A stretch of 63,987 nt of DNA, filler included, from Pirum gemmata (taxonomy: Eukaryota): the NCBI GenBank assembly GCA_002812295.1. It is 25 parts of 25 records of this genome, joined end to end, with 100 filler letters (N's around TTAATTAATTAA, not from the genome) between each part and the next. Parts side by side here need not be neighbours in the genome. Positions count along the whole stretch, not along the records: positions 1 to 2,400 come from PDIN01006441.1; positions 2,501 to 4,896 come from PDIN01006442.1; positions 4,997 to 7,396 come from PDIN01006443.1; positions 7,497 to 9,877 come from PDIN01006444.1; positions 9,978 to 12,324 come from PDIN01006445.1; 20 more parts are not named here. The stretch is one strand, 5' to 3'. The notes below the pieces were generated by a model. That model was not told the DNA's origin and did not search any database. It was given only the letters and a program-made list of their open reading frames with translations. Position 1 is the first letter of the stretch, and each line of letters opens with the position of its first letter. This document shows, piece by piece, positions 1 to 11,371 of the stretch. Both the position numbers and the translations under genes were made by a program.

Positions 1-860
1 TTGATTTTGTGTTTCGATCTTAATTAATACTCAACGTAGTTCGGATAATACTATTTAGCCGACAACAATACTTTTTTCGAATTTTGTTGGTGGAGGTTTG
101 TGTAATTTTAAAAGTTTTCGCTTTGAGGTTTTCTTCTATGTTTCTATATTACTGTTTGTCCTAATCAATTGTAGCTTCCAACTATTTGGAGGTGTTATTA
201 GTGGTTTGGACTTTGAGCATAATATTATTTCTATTATTGTTTTTGTTGTTTCTTTTTTACATATTTCTATTATTGTTTTTGTTGTTTCTTTTTTATTAAT
301 ATTATATTAATTAATACATATTTCTATTATTGTTTTTGTTGTTTCTTTTTTACATATATATTTCATTGTATTGTTGTTGTATTGATGGGTGAAATAAAAT
401 GTTTTTTATTTTATCGAAAAATTCTTAGTTTAATTAATTTAAATTTGCTGTTGTTGTTGTTTTGATAGTTAACGTTGTATGCTAGTTTTAATTAAGATTA
501 GTTCTGTAAAGGCATATTTTAATTAATATTTAATATGTGTCTGTTGTTTTGTATTGGGATCATGTTTTGTAGGCCTAGGGTTTCTATTGTATGGATTATC
601 TATTTTTGGTATTAGGTTATTCTTGTTTCAGTCGATTGTTTTAACGTTGTGTATTGTGAAATTTCGATTGTGGTTTTGATGTTGTTGGTTTGTAAGCAAG
701 TTGTAGTTGTTGAGGAAGTATTAATAAGTTGATTAGTAAGAGGCGTTGTGATTGTTTGTTGGCATTCCTCCTACTGCTATGAGATCGATACGTTCTTTGT
801 TTTTGGGTGTTTTGATATATTGTCTTGGTTGTTGGTAAACAAAGGTTGTGATTTATTATT
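1..860 (-). pseudogene. Decayed A-rich coding-like dispersed repeat (family D), possible retroelement or transposon ORF remnant
   Basis: Colinear similarity to 52730-53830 (e.g. TGTTGTTTTGTATTGGG and GATTGTGGTTTTGATG.TGTTGGTTTGT) and to 27370-27500. Many stops and frameshifts. Confidence 0.5.
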
Positions 861-923
861 GTTGTGGTTCAGAAGTTGGGGCGACCTGGATTCTGGATTG
901 GGTTGGAAAGACCCAGAGAGTTC

Positions 924-1075
924 AACATTCATAAAGGATGTCACTTATTCCTGGATAGAAGTCATTGCTCGAGAGTGTGACTTAAACTGTTTTAGGTAGT
1001 AATTAATTATTAAAATGAATTTTAAAAATTATGACCAAAAGGGTTTTGGATAAAGAGGCATAGGTAAGATTAGGT
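924..1075 (+). mobile_element. Family A dispersed repeat (MITE end, PIF/Harbinger-like terminus)
   Basis: AACATTCATAAAGGA(C/T)GTCACTTATTC...GAGGCATAGGTAAGATTAGG. Further copies at 6037-6177 (+), 31538-31630 (-) and 58361-58496 (+). Confidence 0.75.
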
Positions 1076-1914
1076 GACCTCATTTATTAGGGATGATGAT
1101 GGGCGTAGTATGATACTATCCTTGCAAGAACTTTTAATTATGATAAAAAAACAATTTACGAAAAACCCCACACAGTAATATATGAAAGCCTGTTACCTTT
1201 TTAATATATGAAGAAGCCATATATAGTTTAAAAGATCTTTTCTGTTTTTTTTGGAAATAATATCTTATTATGGAAATATCCTAGCTAGCTAGTCTAGCGG
1301 AAAAATTCCAACAAAAGTAGACTATCCAACTACTATCCATAAAACAAAAGCTAAAACAAAAGTAAAACAAAGGATCTCAACAAAGCATCTGAAAATCTAT
1401 AGCTAAGAATGTATTATCATTTATATAATAATAATTCATTTTTATTACATGTATTTATTATTATTATCGATATATTTATTATTATTATATTTATTATGAT
1501 CAAATTTAATATTGCTAAATAATTATTTTAGAATTTTTTCTTTTTATGTATTTGTCAGCAGTAAGTATTGGTGTATATTATTTTTTATATTTATTATGAT
1601 CAAATTTAATATTGCTAAATAATTATTTTAGAATTTTTTCTTTTTATGTATTTGTCAGCAGTGAGTATTGGTGTNTTTTTTTTTTTTGTTTTTTTTTTTT
1701 TTTTTTTTTTTTTTTTTGAAGTTTACCACCTTTCTCACACTCTGGTAGTCTAGCTAATGTTACAAGATATTGACCTGATAAACATTAAAAATCCTATTTT
1801 TCCCTCCACCTCTTAATATAATTTCTCCTTTCTTACTGATTTGTCCTTCTAAGCTTTATTTAAAAAGTAAAAACAAAGCAAGCAAACAAACACACAAAAG
1901 AATTAAAGAGAAAA

Positions 1915-2046
1915 ATGATTGAACAAAAAGTTGACCCAAAGAAGGACGAGCAAATAGTTGCTCCTTTAAAAGAAAACGATAACAATGACGAAATGACCAA
2001 AAGCAAAAAGAAGAATAATAGGACTCCTTTGATTTTGATATCTAAC
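1915..2046 (+). CDS. Possible first exon of an unknown gene (MIEQKVDPKKDEQIVAPLKENDNNDEMTKSKKKNNRTPLILISN)
   Basis: ATG after an A-rich leader and 44 open codons ending at a GTATTA donor-like site. No phase-consistent downstream exon found. Confidence 0.3.
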
Positions 2047-2400
2047 GTATTATATTTATATTTATTATTATTATTGTTGTAGTTATTGTTATCATTGAGG
2101 TTAGGTAGGGTTAGAGTTGTTTATCTTGCAAACTCCAATTATCAATTTATTCCTATCAAATTAATAATTTAAGTGACAACATCATTGGAAAGAGTGAGAT
2201 AATGTTGGGTGGCATTTTAATTTGTCGATTTATTCCAATGAGATTAAGGATGATATTATTGTAGTAATTTTACACCTGATTCTACTCGATATTTCCCCCA
2301 GAACCAGACCTTATCTACTCTGTCACCCATTGTTCAACTTATTCAGCATTCCTGTCTTTTACTACCTGCCAAAAACCAGCATTTACACACACACACACAC

Positions 2401-2500
2401 NNNNNNNNNNNNNNNNNNNNNNNNNNNNNNNNNNNNNNNNNNNNTTAATTAATTAANNNNNNNNNNNNNNNNNNNNNNNNNNNNNNNNNNNNNNNNNNNN
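2401..2500. other. Artificial contig-joining spacer N44-TTAATTAATTAA-N44 (first of 24)
   Basis: Identical 100-bp spacer with stops in all six frames recurs at 2401, 4897, 7397, 9878, 12325, 14815, 17934, 20462, 22932, 25432, 27920, 31104, 33589, 36578, 39079, 41519, 44024, 46532, 49030, 51531, 54015, 56481, 58978 and 61480. Most flanks end in microsatellites, typical of short-read assembly breaks. Confidence 0.97.
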
Positions 2501-3054
2501 GACTGGTTGTTATTGGGACAACGATATTTGGACTTTTATGTTGTATTTATATTGTTAACGTTGTTGATTGATTTACAGATTCTTTAGTTTATTATTTTAC
2601 ACTAGTTGGTTATTATATTATTTTCTTTGTTGAACTAATCTTTATTATTAATATAATCTAATTAATTTATTTAGTTACTTAATTATTTTTAGTTAATTAG
2701 TTAAGTTTTTAATTAGTTTTTAATTAGTTAATTTTCTTTTGAACTTTTACAAAACATAATCCCTTTTATACCTTTTTATATTATACATAAATATGTAATA
2801 AAATTCTTTTGTATATGAAATGATATTAAAAAAAATGTTCTAGAATATTCTTTTTATTCCTGAATTACCTAGGTGTCAAAAACTCAATGAGAAAAAACTT
2901 TTCAATAATAATTCTGTTCGCTCTGTATGTAACCGTTTGTCCAATCATGTTTTCGATCAATCTATCAAAAATTATCGATTTACATTTTTTAGTATTAATA
3001 GTTCGAGAATATTTTATGAAGGTTCCCGATTATGTCCAAGAAAACAAGCTTAAG

Positions 3055-3620
3055 TATAGTACTTTAGTATAGTATTTTAGTTTAGTATTTTAGTATAGTA
3101 TGTTAGTATATTATTTTAGTATAGTATTTTAGTATAGTATTTTAATATGATATTATATATTAGTAAAGTATTTTAAATTTAGTATAGTATTTTAGTAAAG
3201 TATTTTAAATTTAGTATAGTATTTTAGTCTAAACTTTAGTCTAGTATTTTAAATTTAGTAAAGTATTGTAGTATTAATATATATAGAATTTTAGTATAGT
3301 ATTAATATTTTAGTATAGTTTTAGTATAGTATTTTAATATAGTATTTTAGTATAGTATTTTAGTATAGTATTTTAATATGATATTATATATTAGTAAAGT
3401 ATTTTAAATTTAGTATAGTATTTTAGTAAAGTATTTTAGTAAAGTATATTATCTTAGTATATGAATATAGTATTTTAGTAAAGTATTTTAGTAAAGTATT
3501 TTAGTATAGTATTAATATCTTAGTATAGTATTTGAGTATAGAATTTTAGTAAAGTATAAGCTAAAGTATTTTAGTAAAGTATTTTAGTATAGTATTTTAG
3601 TATAGTATTTTAGTATAGTT
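3055..3620. repeat. 13-bp AT-rich minisatellite (TAGTATTTTAGTA)n
   Basis: Dozens of visible degenerate tandem units. Confidence 0.9.
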
Positions 3621-4148
3621 AGTTGGCTTTAGTTGGCTTTAGTTGCATTGGTTATTATAAATTAGTATCATATATCTTGATTGAATACACTTTCTCATTA
3701 TAGAAGCTAAGATCTTTCATTATCGGATATTAATTAATATTAATATCTTATTTTATATTAAATTTTTTAGACTAACTATCAATAAATATCATAGCATGTA
3801 TACGTACCTGGTAGTCAAGCTAGGTCTCATGGAAATATTGTATCAGGGGTATTTAAGCTGGTATTTATGAATAAACTATAATATGCATATTAATACATCA
3901 TTATGAACTATTATGATGTATTATTGACCAATTCAATTATATTATTATTTTAATTAAAGTGAGTGAAATATATATTATATATGTATGGAATAATGGAACC
4001 TTTCGGCCCTTTTCATATGATATAATAATTATGTATACACTATACACACAGCTATACACACACATAAGTTGACATCTGGTTCCAAATTTGATGCACATAT
4101 ATATGACCTCATATTTACCGGGTGCGGTATGGTAGTGGTATGGTATAT

Positions 4149-4252
4149 CAAGGACTTCAAAAAATTTTTCTTTTTGAAGTCCTTGGTATAATTTGGGTTT
4201 ATACACTGTTTATATACACTGTTTATACAAGGACTTTTTTGAAGTCCTTGGT
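4149..4252. repeat. Family F mini-palindromes CAAGGACTTCAA...TTGAAGTCCTTG (two units)
   Basis: Inverted 12-bp arms with a short spacer. Related units at 11051-11081, 40450-40495 and 47203-47284. Confidence 0.75.
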
Positions 4253-4421
4253 TTATATCAGACAAACGAAAAATAAATAAAATAAGGGTAACATGACGTC
4301 ATTTTAAATTACAGAGATAAGAATTTTTAAAAGTATACGTATCACTGGCCTATCACTGGTATCAGTGTGGTATCCAGATCACACATAATCACAGTCTATC
4401 CCTAGCTAGGAGCTAGCTAGC

Positions 4422-4525
4422 TAGAGGTGTCTATCGTTTGCCTCGGATCCGTCCGACTCAGAAAATTTTTTCCGAAGAGGCCGTCGGATCCGTCCGACCG
4501 ATTTCCGATTCGGAATAACACCTCT
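4422..4525. mobile_element. Small hAT-like MITE (AGAGGTGT...ACACCTCT) with CGGATCCG subterminal motifs
   Basis: Short TIR around a GC-rich core with CGGATCCGTCCGA twice. The same motif occurs at 52340-52466. Confidence 0.5.
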
Positions 4526-4772
4526 TTGTTTTATAAATGGGATGGATATAGATAATATAGATACATCTTATCACATTTATAATAATATTATAATAATAAT
4601 AATATAATAAATAAGAAAACACACTATTTAGTTAGAGGGGCTCTACCAGTGCTCTACCGTAGTCTAGCTAGCTAGCTACTAGCTAGCTAGCTATCATATT
4701 ATCATATTAGCTAGCTAGTAGAGAAAGCACAAACTCACATAATAAAAATTATTATTATTATTTTTATTATGA

Positions 4773-4821
<49 letters not shown>

Positions 4822-5640
4822 GTTATTATCTAGATATTATTATTATTTTATCAGTATTATCAGTATTATTATTTATTATTATTATTTGTTATTATTNNNN
4901 NNNNNNNNNNNNNNNNNNNNNNNNNNNNNNNNNNNNNNNNTTAATTAATTAANNNNNNNNNNNNNNNNNNNNNNNNNNNNNNNNNNNNNNNNNNNNCTTT
5001 TATGTTTTTTTTCTCCCAATACTAAAGAATAACGATAAAAAAAAAAACGAACATAATTATAAACTATAATTTTGTTTGATTTTCTTTCTGAAAAGTGGGA
5101 TTTTCGATATTTTTTGAAGTTGGGTTGTTTCAGTCCATTTGCACAATATGTTTCAAAAAAAATCGCACCGCTTTTGCAGTGCTTTTGCTCAGGTTTCTGG
5201 GCTCTACTACTACTAGCTAGCTAGACCTTTAGCCAGTAGACTAGTAGGGTTTCTCAGCTACACTGTCTACAGTGTACACAACATAATAATACTCTGACGT
5301 ACCCTATCTACTAGTATATTATTTTTTAAAAAAACCAGCTCCAAACAATAAAACTTGAAAACTATATATGATTAATAATAGAATAATAAGAACAAACACT
5401 TTTTTAATAAACAATATTATAATGTTAGCTATAGCTATAATGTTTAATAGTGGGTAGTTAAATTCATATTCTGTCAAAACTGCAGTAATTATTAAAAAAA
5501 ATATTATCGATGATATTTTAATATAGCAAAAAAGGACTAAAAAAGGCTAGGCAAAAAAGGAGTAAAAAGAGTGTAAAAAGACTGTAAAAAGACTGTAAAA
5601 AGGTAGAATTTATTATTTTTTTTATTTATTATTTTTATTT

Positions 5641-5905
5641 TACCAAGCTGGATATAAATAGCGACACCACTAACCGTATATACTGGGCCCTATATACGAG
5701 CTCAAAAATCCAAAAAATATCAAAAAAGCTCAATTTTAATGAAAGTACTACCAAATTTTGATAAATAGTCTAACTACGAAACTCTATTATGAACCAATAG
5801 TCAGTTTTTAAAAATAATTTGGCTAGTTAGCAATTAGCATTAAAGTTTTTAGAAAAGAAGTCCAAAACAAATGATTTCTAGCCTACAGTTTTGTTCCGCT
5901 GTTCC
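5641..5905 (-). mobile_element. Family H MITE, degenerate inverted copy
   Basis: Reverse-complement similarity to 6937-7163 over ~220 bp (GAGCTCAAAAATCCAAAAAAT...AAATGATTTCTA). Confidence 0.7.
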
Positions 5906-6036
5906 AAAAAAAAAATAAAAAGAAAGAAAAAATATTGTCAGAATCCGTCAGATTGTATCATACATTACCATACACCTGAGACTCTGAGTGGCTGAGACCT
6001 CAGACCTCAAGGTCAGAAGGTCTACACAACTTTTCG

Positions 6037-6177
6037 GAACGTTCATAAAGGACGTCACTTATTCTTGGATAGAAGTCATTGCTCGAAAGTGTGACTTAAA
6101 CTGTTTTAGTAAAATGAACTTTATTTAAAATTATGACCAAAAGTGTTTTGGACAAAGAGGCATAGGTAAGATTAGGA
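6037..6177 (+). mobile_element. Family A repeat copy
   Basis: Near-identical to 924-1075. Confidence 0.75.
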
Positions 6178-6396
6178 CATCCTTTTTATGGATTACGATT
6201 ACTACGCAGTGCCCCTTCTAAAGTATTATCATATCGATATCAATAGTCTATAGATGATATTAAATCTGATACCCCTCTGGAGTCTGAACGAAAACTCACT
6301 ACTTAGGCTAGCTAGCTACTGTAGACTTGATACGCCTATTGATAGCTACTAGCTAGCTAGCTAGCTATCGATATCAGATAGCTATGATAATATAGG

Positions 6397-6560
6397 CTTT
6401 TCATTTATTTTGTCACTCTGAATATTTATTTGGAGGGTTATAATCTTTAAATTGATATTTTTAAATCAATACATAGATAATAAAATATACCAAATTAAAT
6501 TAAATGGATTTATATTGTATTAATTTGGTACTATTTATTTTTTATTTTATGATGACAAAC
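6397..6560 (+). mobile_element. Family B MITE copy
   Basis: GCTTTTCATTTATTTTGTCA...TGATGACAAA; matches the full copy at 35656-35838. Confidence 0.8.
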
Positions 6561-6936
6561 CTATGTAGCTAGCTAGTTAGCTAGCTAGAGTATCATAGCC
6601 AGATCATAGCTCTAACTAAATAGACTCTAAAACTAGTCTAAGTTCTGTCTAACTAAGACTCTCTAATAATTATTTTTTTTTTTTAAAAAATAATACTATT
6701 TTTTTTATTTTTGTTTTTTTAATATTATAATATTTTTTTTAATATGTAAAAAAAAAATTGTTGTTATTTTTAGATTATCATAAATTTGATAACCACCAAT
6801 CATTAAACTACGATAGAAACAATGTGTTAGATTTGACTTAGATTTGATGTGTTCAAAATTTTCGAGCTTTTTTTTGGTCTGTTGGTTTGTTTCAAATTTG
6901 GTGCAGGAAAATAAGATTTTTTTTTTTCTTTTTTAA

Positions 6937-7163
6937 CAGCCAAGCCGCATAAAACTGTAGAAATCATTTTTTCTTAGACTTCTTTTGTAAAAACTTTTAA
7001 TAATAACTAGCCGAATTAGTTTTACAAACTGGCCATTGGCTCATAATAGAGTTTTATAAGCCAAATAGTTTCTAAACCGTTGGTAGTACTTTTAATAAAA
7101 TTGGAACATTTTGTGATTTTTTGGATTTTGAGCTCATATATGGCGGATTATCCGGCTTGGCTG
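6937..7163. mobile_element. Family H MITE, intact: 11-bp TIR CAGCCAAGCCG flanked by TTAA on both sides
   Basis: TTAA(6933-6936)-CAGCCAAGCCG...CGGCTTGGCTG-TTAA(7164-7167). Confidence 0.85.
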
Positions 7164-7522
7164 TTAAAAAACAAAACAAAAAAAAGTTGCCACAGTTGTT
7201 GGCAATATCAATGATAATAACCCATGATACTAACTAGTTAGAGAAAAATGGGTTTGTTGCAATTGTGTATTAATATTAATAGTTGTAGTTCGTATTTTGT
7301 TGTTGCTGTTTGCTGTATGTTGCTATTTGCTGTTTGTTGTCTGTTGTTTGTTGTTTATTGTTTGTTGTTTGTTGTTTGTTGTTTATTGTTTGTTGTNNNN
7401 NNNNNNNNNNNNNNNNNNNNNNNNNNNNNNNNNNNNNNNNTTAATTAATTAANNNNNNNNNNNNNNNNNNNNNNNNNNNNNNNNNNNNNNNNNNNNAGAG
7501 AGAGAGAGAGAGAGAGAGAGTG

Positions 7523-7579
<57 letters not shown>

Positions 7580-7648
7580 TCCTAACCCTAACCCAATTAT
7601 GCCCTAACCCTAACCTTATTAGTCTGTTTGATTAATTGTTGTTCGTAG

Positions 7649-8283
7649 CTCTATACAAAATCCTCTAATTATAGAGAATTACGACAAATTATTGTGAGCA
7701 CGTTTTTTCGAGTATTAAACTCCATAAAACCGGAACTGAAAAACCTAACCTGTGTACAGCAGCTAAAAAATGCACGGTATGTTCAGTAGTTAAAAGCAGA
7801 AATATTACGTATTGTTATAACTATGAATAGGGTTAAGGTTGATAGGGTAAAAGTTAAAATCAGGTTTAAGGCTAGTCTTAGCGTGAGCCTTAGCGTGAGC
7901 GTTAGGATTAGGATTAGGATTAGGATTAGATTTAAGGTTAAGGTTAGGGTTAGGGTTAGGGTTAAATTAAAGATCAAAGTGGTAAGATTAGGGTTGGCTT
8001 GGGTTTTGGTCCTGGGTTTAGGGTTAGGATCATCAGTAGCATTACAGTTATAGCTAGGTTTAGATTGGGTTTGAGGTTAGCGTTACGTTTTTCTGAAACG
8101 GAATTACCAATATTTATGCTAGGCCTGTGTTACTTTTTTTAGTATTAATATTAAAAAAATGAAAACAGAATATTGATGTTAAAAACTCTTATCAAGAACG
8201 AAAATTTCCCTATTGCATTTCGTAACGTATTGATTGCTTCAAACCGAAAATGGAATCTTTCTTTGGATGATGAAATCAAAACG
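7649..8283 (+). CDS. Two internal exons of an unknown protein (LYTKSSNYRELRQIIVSTFFRVLNSIKPELKNLTCVQQLKNAR/ILMLKTLIKNENFPIAFRNVLIASNRKWNLSLDDEIKT)
   Basis: Exons 7649-7776 (TAG acceptor, GTATGT donor) and 8169-8283 (CAG acceptor, GTAAGT donor) are phase-compatible and stop-free. The intron is filled with degenerate TTAGGG. Confidence 0.55.
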
Positions 8284-8293
8284 GTAAGTATAA

Positions 8294-8565
8294 ACATAGG
8301 GACTAAAGTATAGGGTTAGGGTTAAGGTAGAGCTAGACTAGAACGGATGACTTCATAATAATATTTTTATTTTTTTATTTTTCGCTAACATCGATTCAGG
8401 TTGAGGAAAAGAGAATTTCCCTCTCAAAATTAAATTACTAATTATTGGAAGACTAAGAGTAGTTATGACGCCATGTATTGATTACTCTCATAATCCAAAA
8501 ATGGTAATATTATATATGACAATATATGAGATAGGGATTTACTTTTCCTCTACCTGAAGCGAGGT

Positions 8566-8598
<33 letters not shown>

Positions 8599-8635
8599 GA
8601 CGTCATCCGTGCTATCCCTATACTTTAGTTCCTGT
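8294..8635. mobile_element. Family I MITE with TGACGTCA-containing long TIRs
   Basis: Left arm CATAGGGACTAAAGTATAGGG...ACGGATGACTTCATAATAATA and right arm TATTATTGTGACGTCATCCGTGCTATCCCTATACTTTAGTTCCTGTG. Confidence 0.65.
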
Positions 8636-8785
8636 GATGTAAGGTTAAATTGGTGACGGTGTTGTAATAAAAATAATAACTATTATGACAACATATGACG
8701 AGATAATGATTTTTATGGTAACAACAATAAACAATAATTAAAGTGATAAATAATATGAAGCAAACTACAACAGTATGTTAATAGC

Positions 8786-8833
<48 letters not shown>

Positions 8834-8891
8834 TGTAATAGTCGTAAGTTATTAATCATCATAAATCATAAATCATAAATATTTGTATTAG

Positions 8892-9386
8892 GTCATTCAA
8901 TGATGAGCGCAGTGGTTTTATCCAGTATTGCCTATGGTTTTAAATTAGAATGGATGTTTACTTTAACTATTGCTTTTGAACTAATCACTTTTGTAAATGT
9001 TATTTATATTGGAACCCATTCTTATTGTGATGTGTTAGTGGGTTGGACAGCCGCTGCTGTTGTGGTGTTGTTTTATATTTTAATAGATACGAGGTTGGTT
9101 TAGTTTGTTTCTTGTCTTTTTATTTATTATGAAATTGTTAAGTGTTAAGGTTGGGTGCCAGGTTTAGGGTTAGGATTGGGGTTAGGGTTTGGTTTGGGTT
9201 TGGGTTTGGGTTTGGGTTGAGTGGTAGGTGTAGAGGTAGTGGCATGAGTAGTAGTAGTAGGAGAAGAAGTAGTTATTGTTATTATTGTTGTTGTTGTTGT
9301 TGTTGTCATTATTATTGCTGTTGTCATTATTATTCTTGTTGTCATTATTGCGGTTATAGTTGCTGTAGATGTTGTAGTTGTTTTAG

Positions 9387-9420
<34 letters not shown>

Positions 9421-9824
9421 AGTTGTTGTAGTTGTTTTAGTTGTTTTACTTGTTGTAGTTGTTGTAGTTGTTGTAGTTGTTGTAGTAGTTATAGTAGTTG
9501 TAGTTGTATTAGTTGTAGTTGTAGTTGTAGTTGTTACAATTGTAGTTGTTGCTGTTGTTGTGGAAGTAGTAATCGTAGTAGGGGTGGTGGTGATTTCTGT
9601 AGTAGCAATAGTGGCCACTTCTGTTATTGTGGTAGCAGAAGCAGTATTATTATTATTATTTAGTAGCTTATGCTTTTTGACTAATATAGGATGAATAATG
9701 CCAAAAAAGGGACCCTAAGCAAAGTTTGTTTTATGAATTTTTTTTTTTACATATTTCTTTTTTTCATTGCCTTGGAATTTGTCGATAATGTTTTTAGTTC
9801 CCCTGGCCCCTTCCCAATTGAATG
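8892..9824 (+). CDS. PAP2 (type 2 phosphatidic acid phosphatase) superfamily membrane protein, partial, exons 8892-9093 and 9690-9824
   Basis: C2 motif (G)HS, C3-like NVIYIGTHSYCDVLVGW and hydrophobic helices. AG/GT sites are phase-compatible (AG|G Arg), with a CTAAT branch-like site before 9690. Confidence 0.75.
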
Positions 9825-10317
9825 GTAACTAGTATAATTATTATTATTATTCCTAACCCTAACCCTAACCCTAACCCNNNNNNNNNNNNNNNNNNNNNNN
9901 NNNNNNNNNNNNNNNNNNNNNTTAATTAATTAANNNNNNNNNNNNNNNNNNNNNNNNNNNNNNNNNNNNNNNNNNNNCTAACCCTAACCCTAACCCTAAC
10001 CCTAACCCTAGTTGTTTTGTTGTTTTGTTATGTTGTTATAATATTTTGTTGTTTGGTAGTTTGGTTGTTTTCAGTTTGGTTGATCAGTTTGGTTGTTCTG
10101 TTGCTATAATATTAATATTCTGTTTTATTTTGTTGCTGTTGTTTTTGTATGAGATCTATGATAGTTTTAATAGTATTAATATTCAGGATGTTGTTTTAAA
10201 TTTTCAAGCAAAAAACTTAAATATTGCATTGAAATCTCAAGAAATATACATAGAGGACCATATTCAGTCCGGACTGAATATTCAACTGAAAAGGTGTCCA
10301 TATATGTATAATACATT

Positions 10318-10480
10318 CTAAATCTTTATTGTTATAAAATGTATGTTAATTATTAATAAAAAAGTTAAAGTATATATATCCATATTGAAAGGTACATTGT
10401 TAATTAAATATACGTTCATAAAGATATTCTTGTAGTTGTTGATTATAAGCTTAGTCTTCGAGTAATTACATTATGCAAAC
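10318..10480. repeat. Family J dispersed repeat (decayed coding-like)
   Basis: Colinear similarity to 36794-36966. Minus-strand translations converge on ...KLKDLVYNQQLQEYLYERIFNN with different stops in each copy. Confidence 0.6.
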
Positions 10481-10642
10481 TCATACTACTATATTATATG
10501 AATAATAAATTTAAAGTCTCTTTTAATAATTATAAGCTCGAAATATATGTTCGATATCGATATAATATGTATCATATATACATCGTTCGATAAAAAAGCT
10601 TGAAATTTCATATTTTCGAGCATGCAGGTAATAAAATCATTA

Positions 10643-11022
10643 CAGTTGTCCTCTCAATCTTTAATGTGGCACTGTTTAAGTGTATAATTGAACAGTAATT
10701 GAACTTGTTCATAAAATACAACATTAATTATAAAATACCAAATTAATTAAAAAATGCCTGATAGTTTAACCATAATAATAATTTGTTACGGTTTACTTCA
10801 GTTTTTGAACTGGTCAACACTATTGAACGATATTACTATAGACCCTCCTATAGACCTCCGTCTATATACCAGCCGGTATATAAATTGAACTTGTTTATAA
10901 AATACAACATTAATTGTAAAATACCAAATTTTAATTAAAACGTGTCTGATAGTTTAACCATAATAATAATTTGGTATGTTTATTTCACTTTTTGAACTGG
11001 GCAACACGAAAAACACGATATT
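10643..11022 (+). mobile_element. Two tandem family C MITE copies (10643-10833 and 10880-11022)
   Basis: Both match the full copy at 53424-53630; the second ends in GAAAAACACGATA. Confidence 0.8.
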
Positions 11023-11371
11023 ACGATAATATCATAATTATATAGTCTATCAAGGACTTCAAGAAAAAAAATAGCCCTTGATCGTGGTGTTGTTCAATGG
11101 GGGTTATTCTTAGGGTTATTCTGAACTTATTATAATTTATAACTTATTCATTTAGAAGAAATAGAAGTATATATATAAATCTAAATCTAAATCTAAATCT
11201 AAATCTAAATTAGCTGTATCTTTTTTTTAATTTTTTAACCAATGTTGAACTGTAAAAACTTTAATATTTCAAAATGACCCCTTAGAGATGCGGCTCAGAT
11301 GTCCAATACTTGCCCAATCCATAGCATTTAAATCCTTCTTTACGATTTTTATGTATCAAAACTTTACTATT

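Noticed and set aside
1478..1675. ~97-bp tandem duplication (similar ones near 39760-39895 and 46690-46935)
   Set aside because: Ordinary local duplications in AT-rich non-coding DNA with no further structure.
2401..2500. Regularly spaced TTAATTAATTAA motif about every 2.5 kb
   Set aside because: Always embedded in N44 on each side. It is an artificial six-frame-stop linker, and adjacency across it carries no biological information.
2873..3053. ~60-codon open frame after an AG acceptor-like site
   Set aside because: No recognisable motif and no partner exon in the contig.
9142..9663. Cys-rich (+) and Thr-rich mucin-like (-) ORFs
   Set aside because: Translations of TTAGGG/GTT/AGT microsatellites lying inside the PAP2-gene intron.
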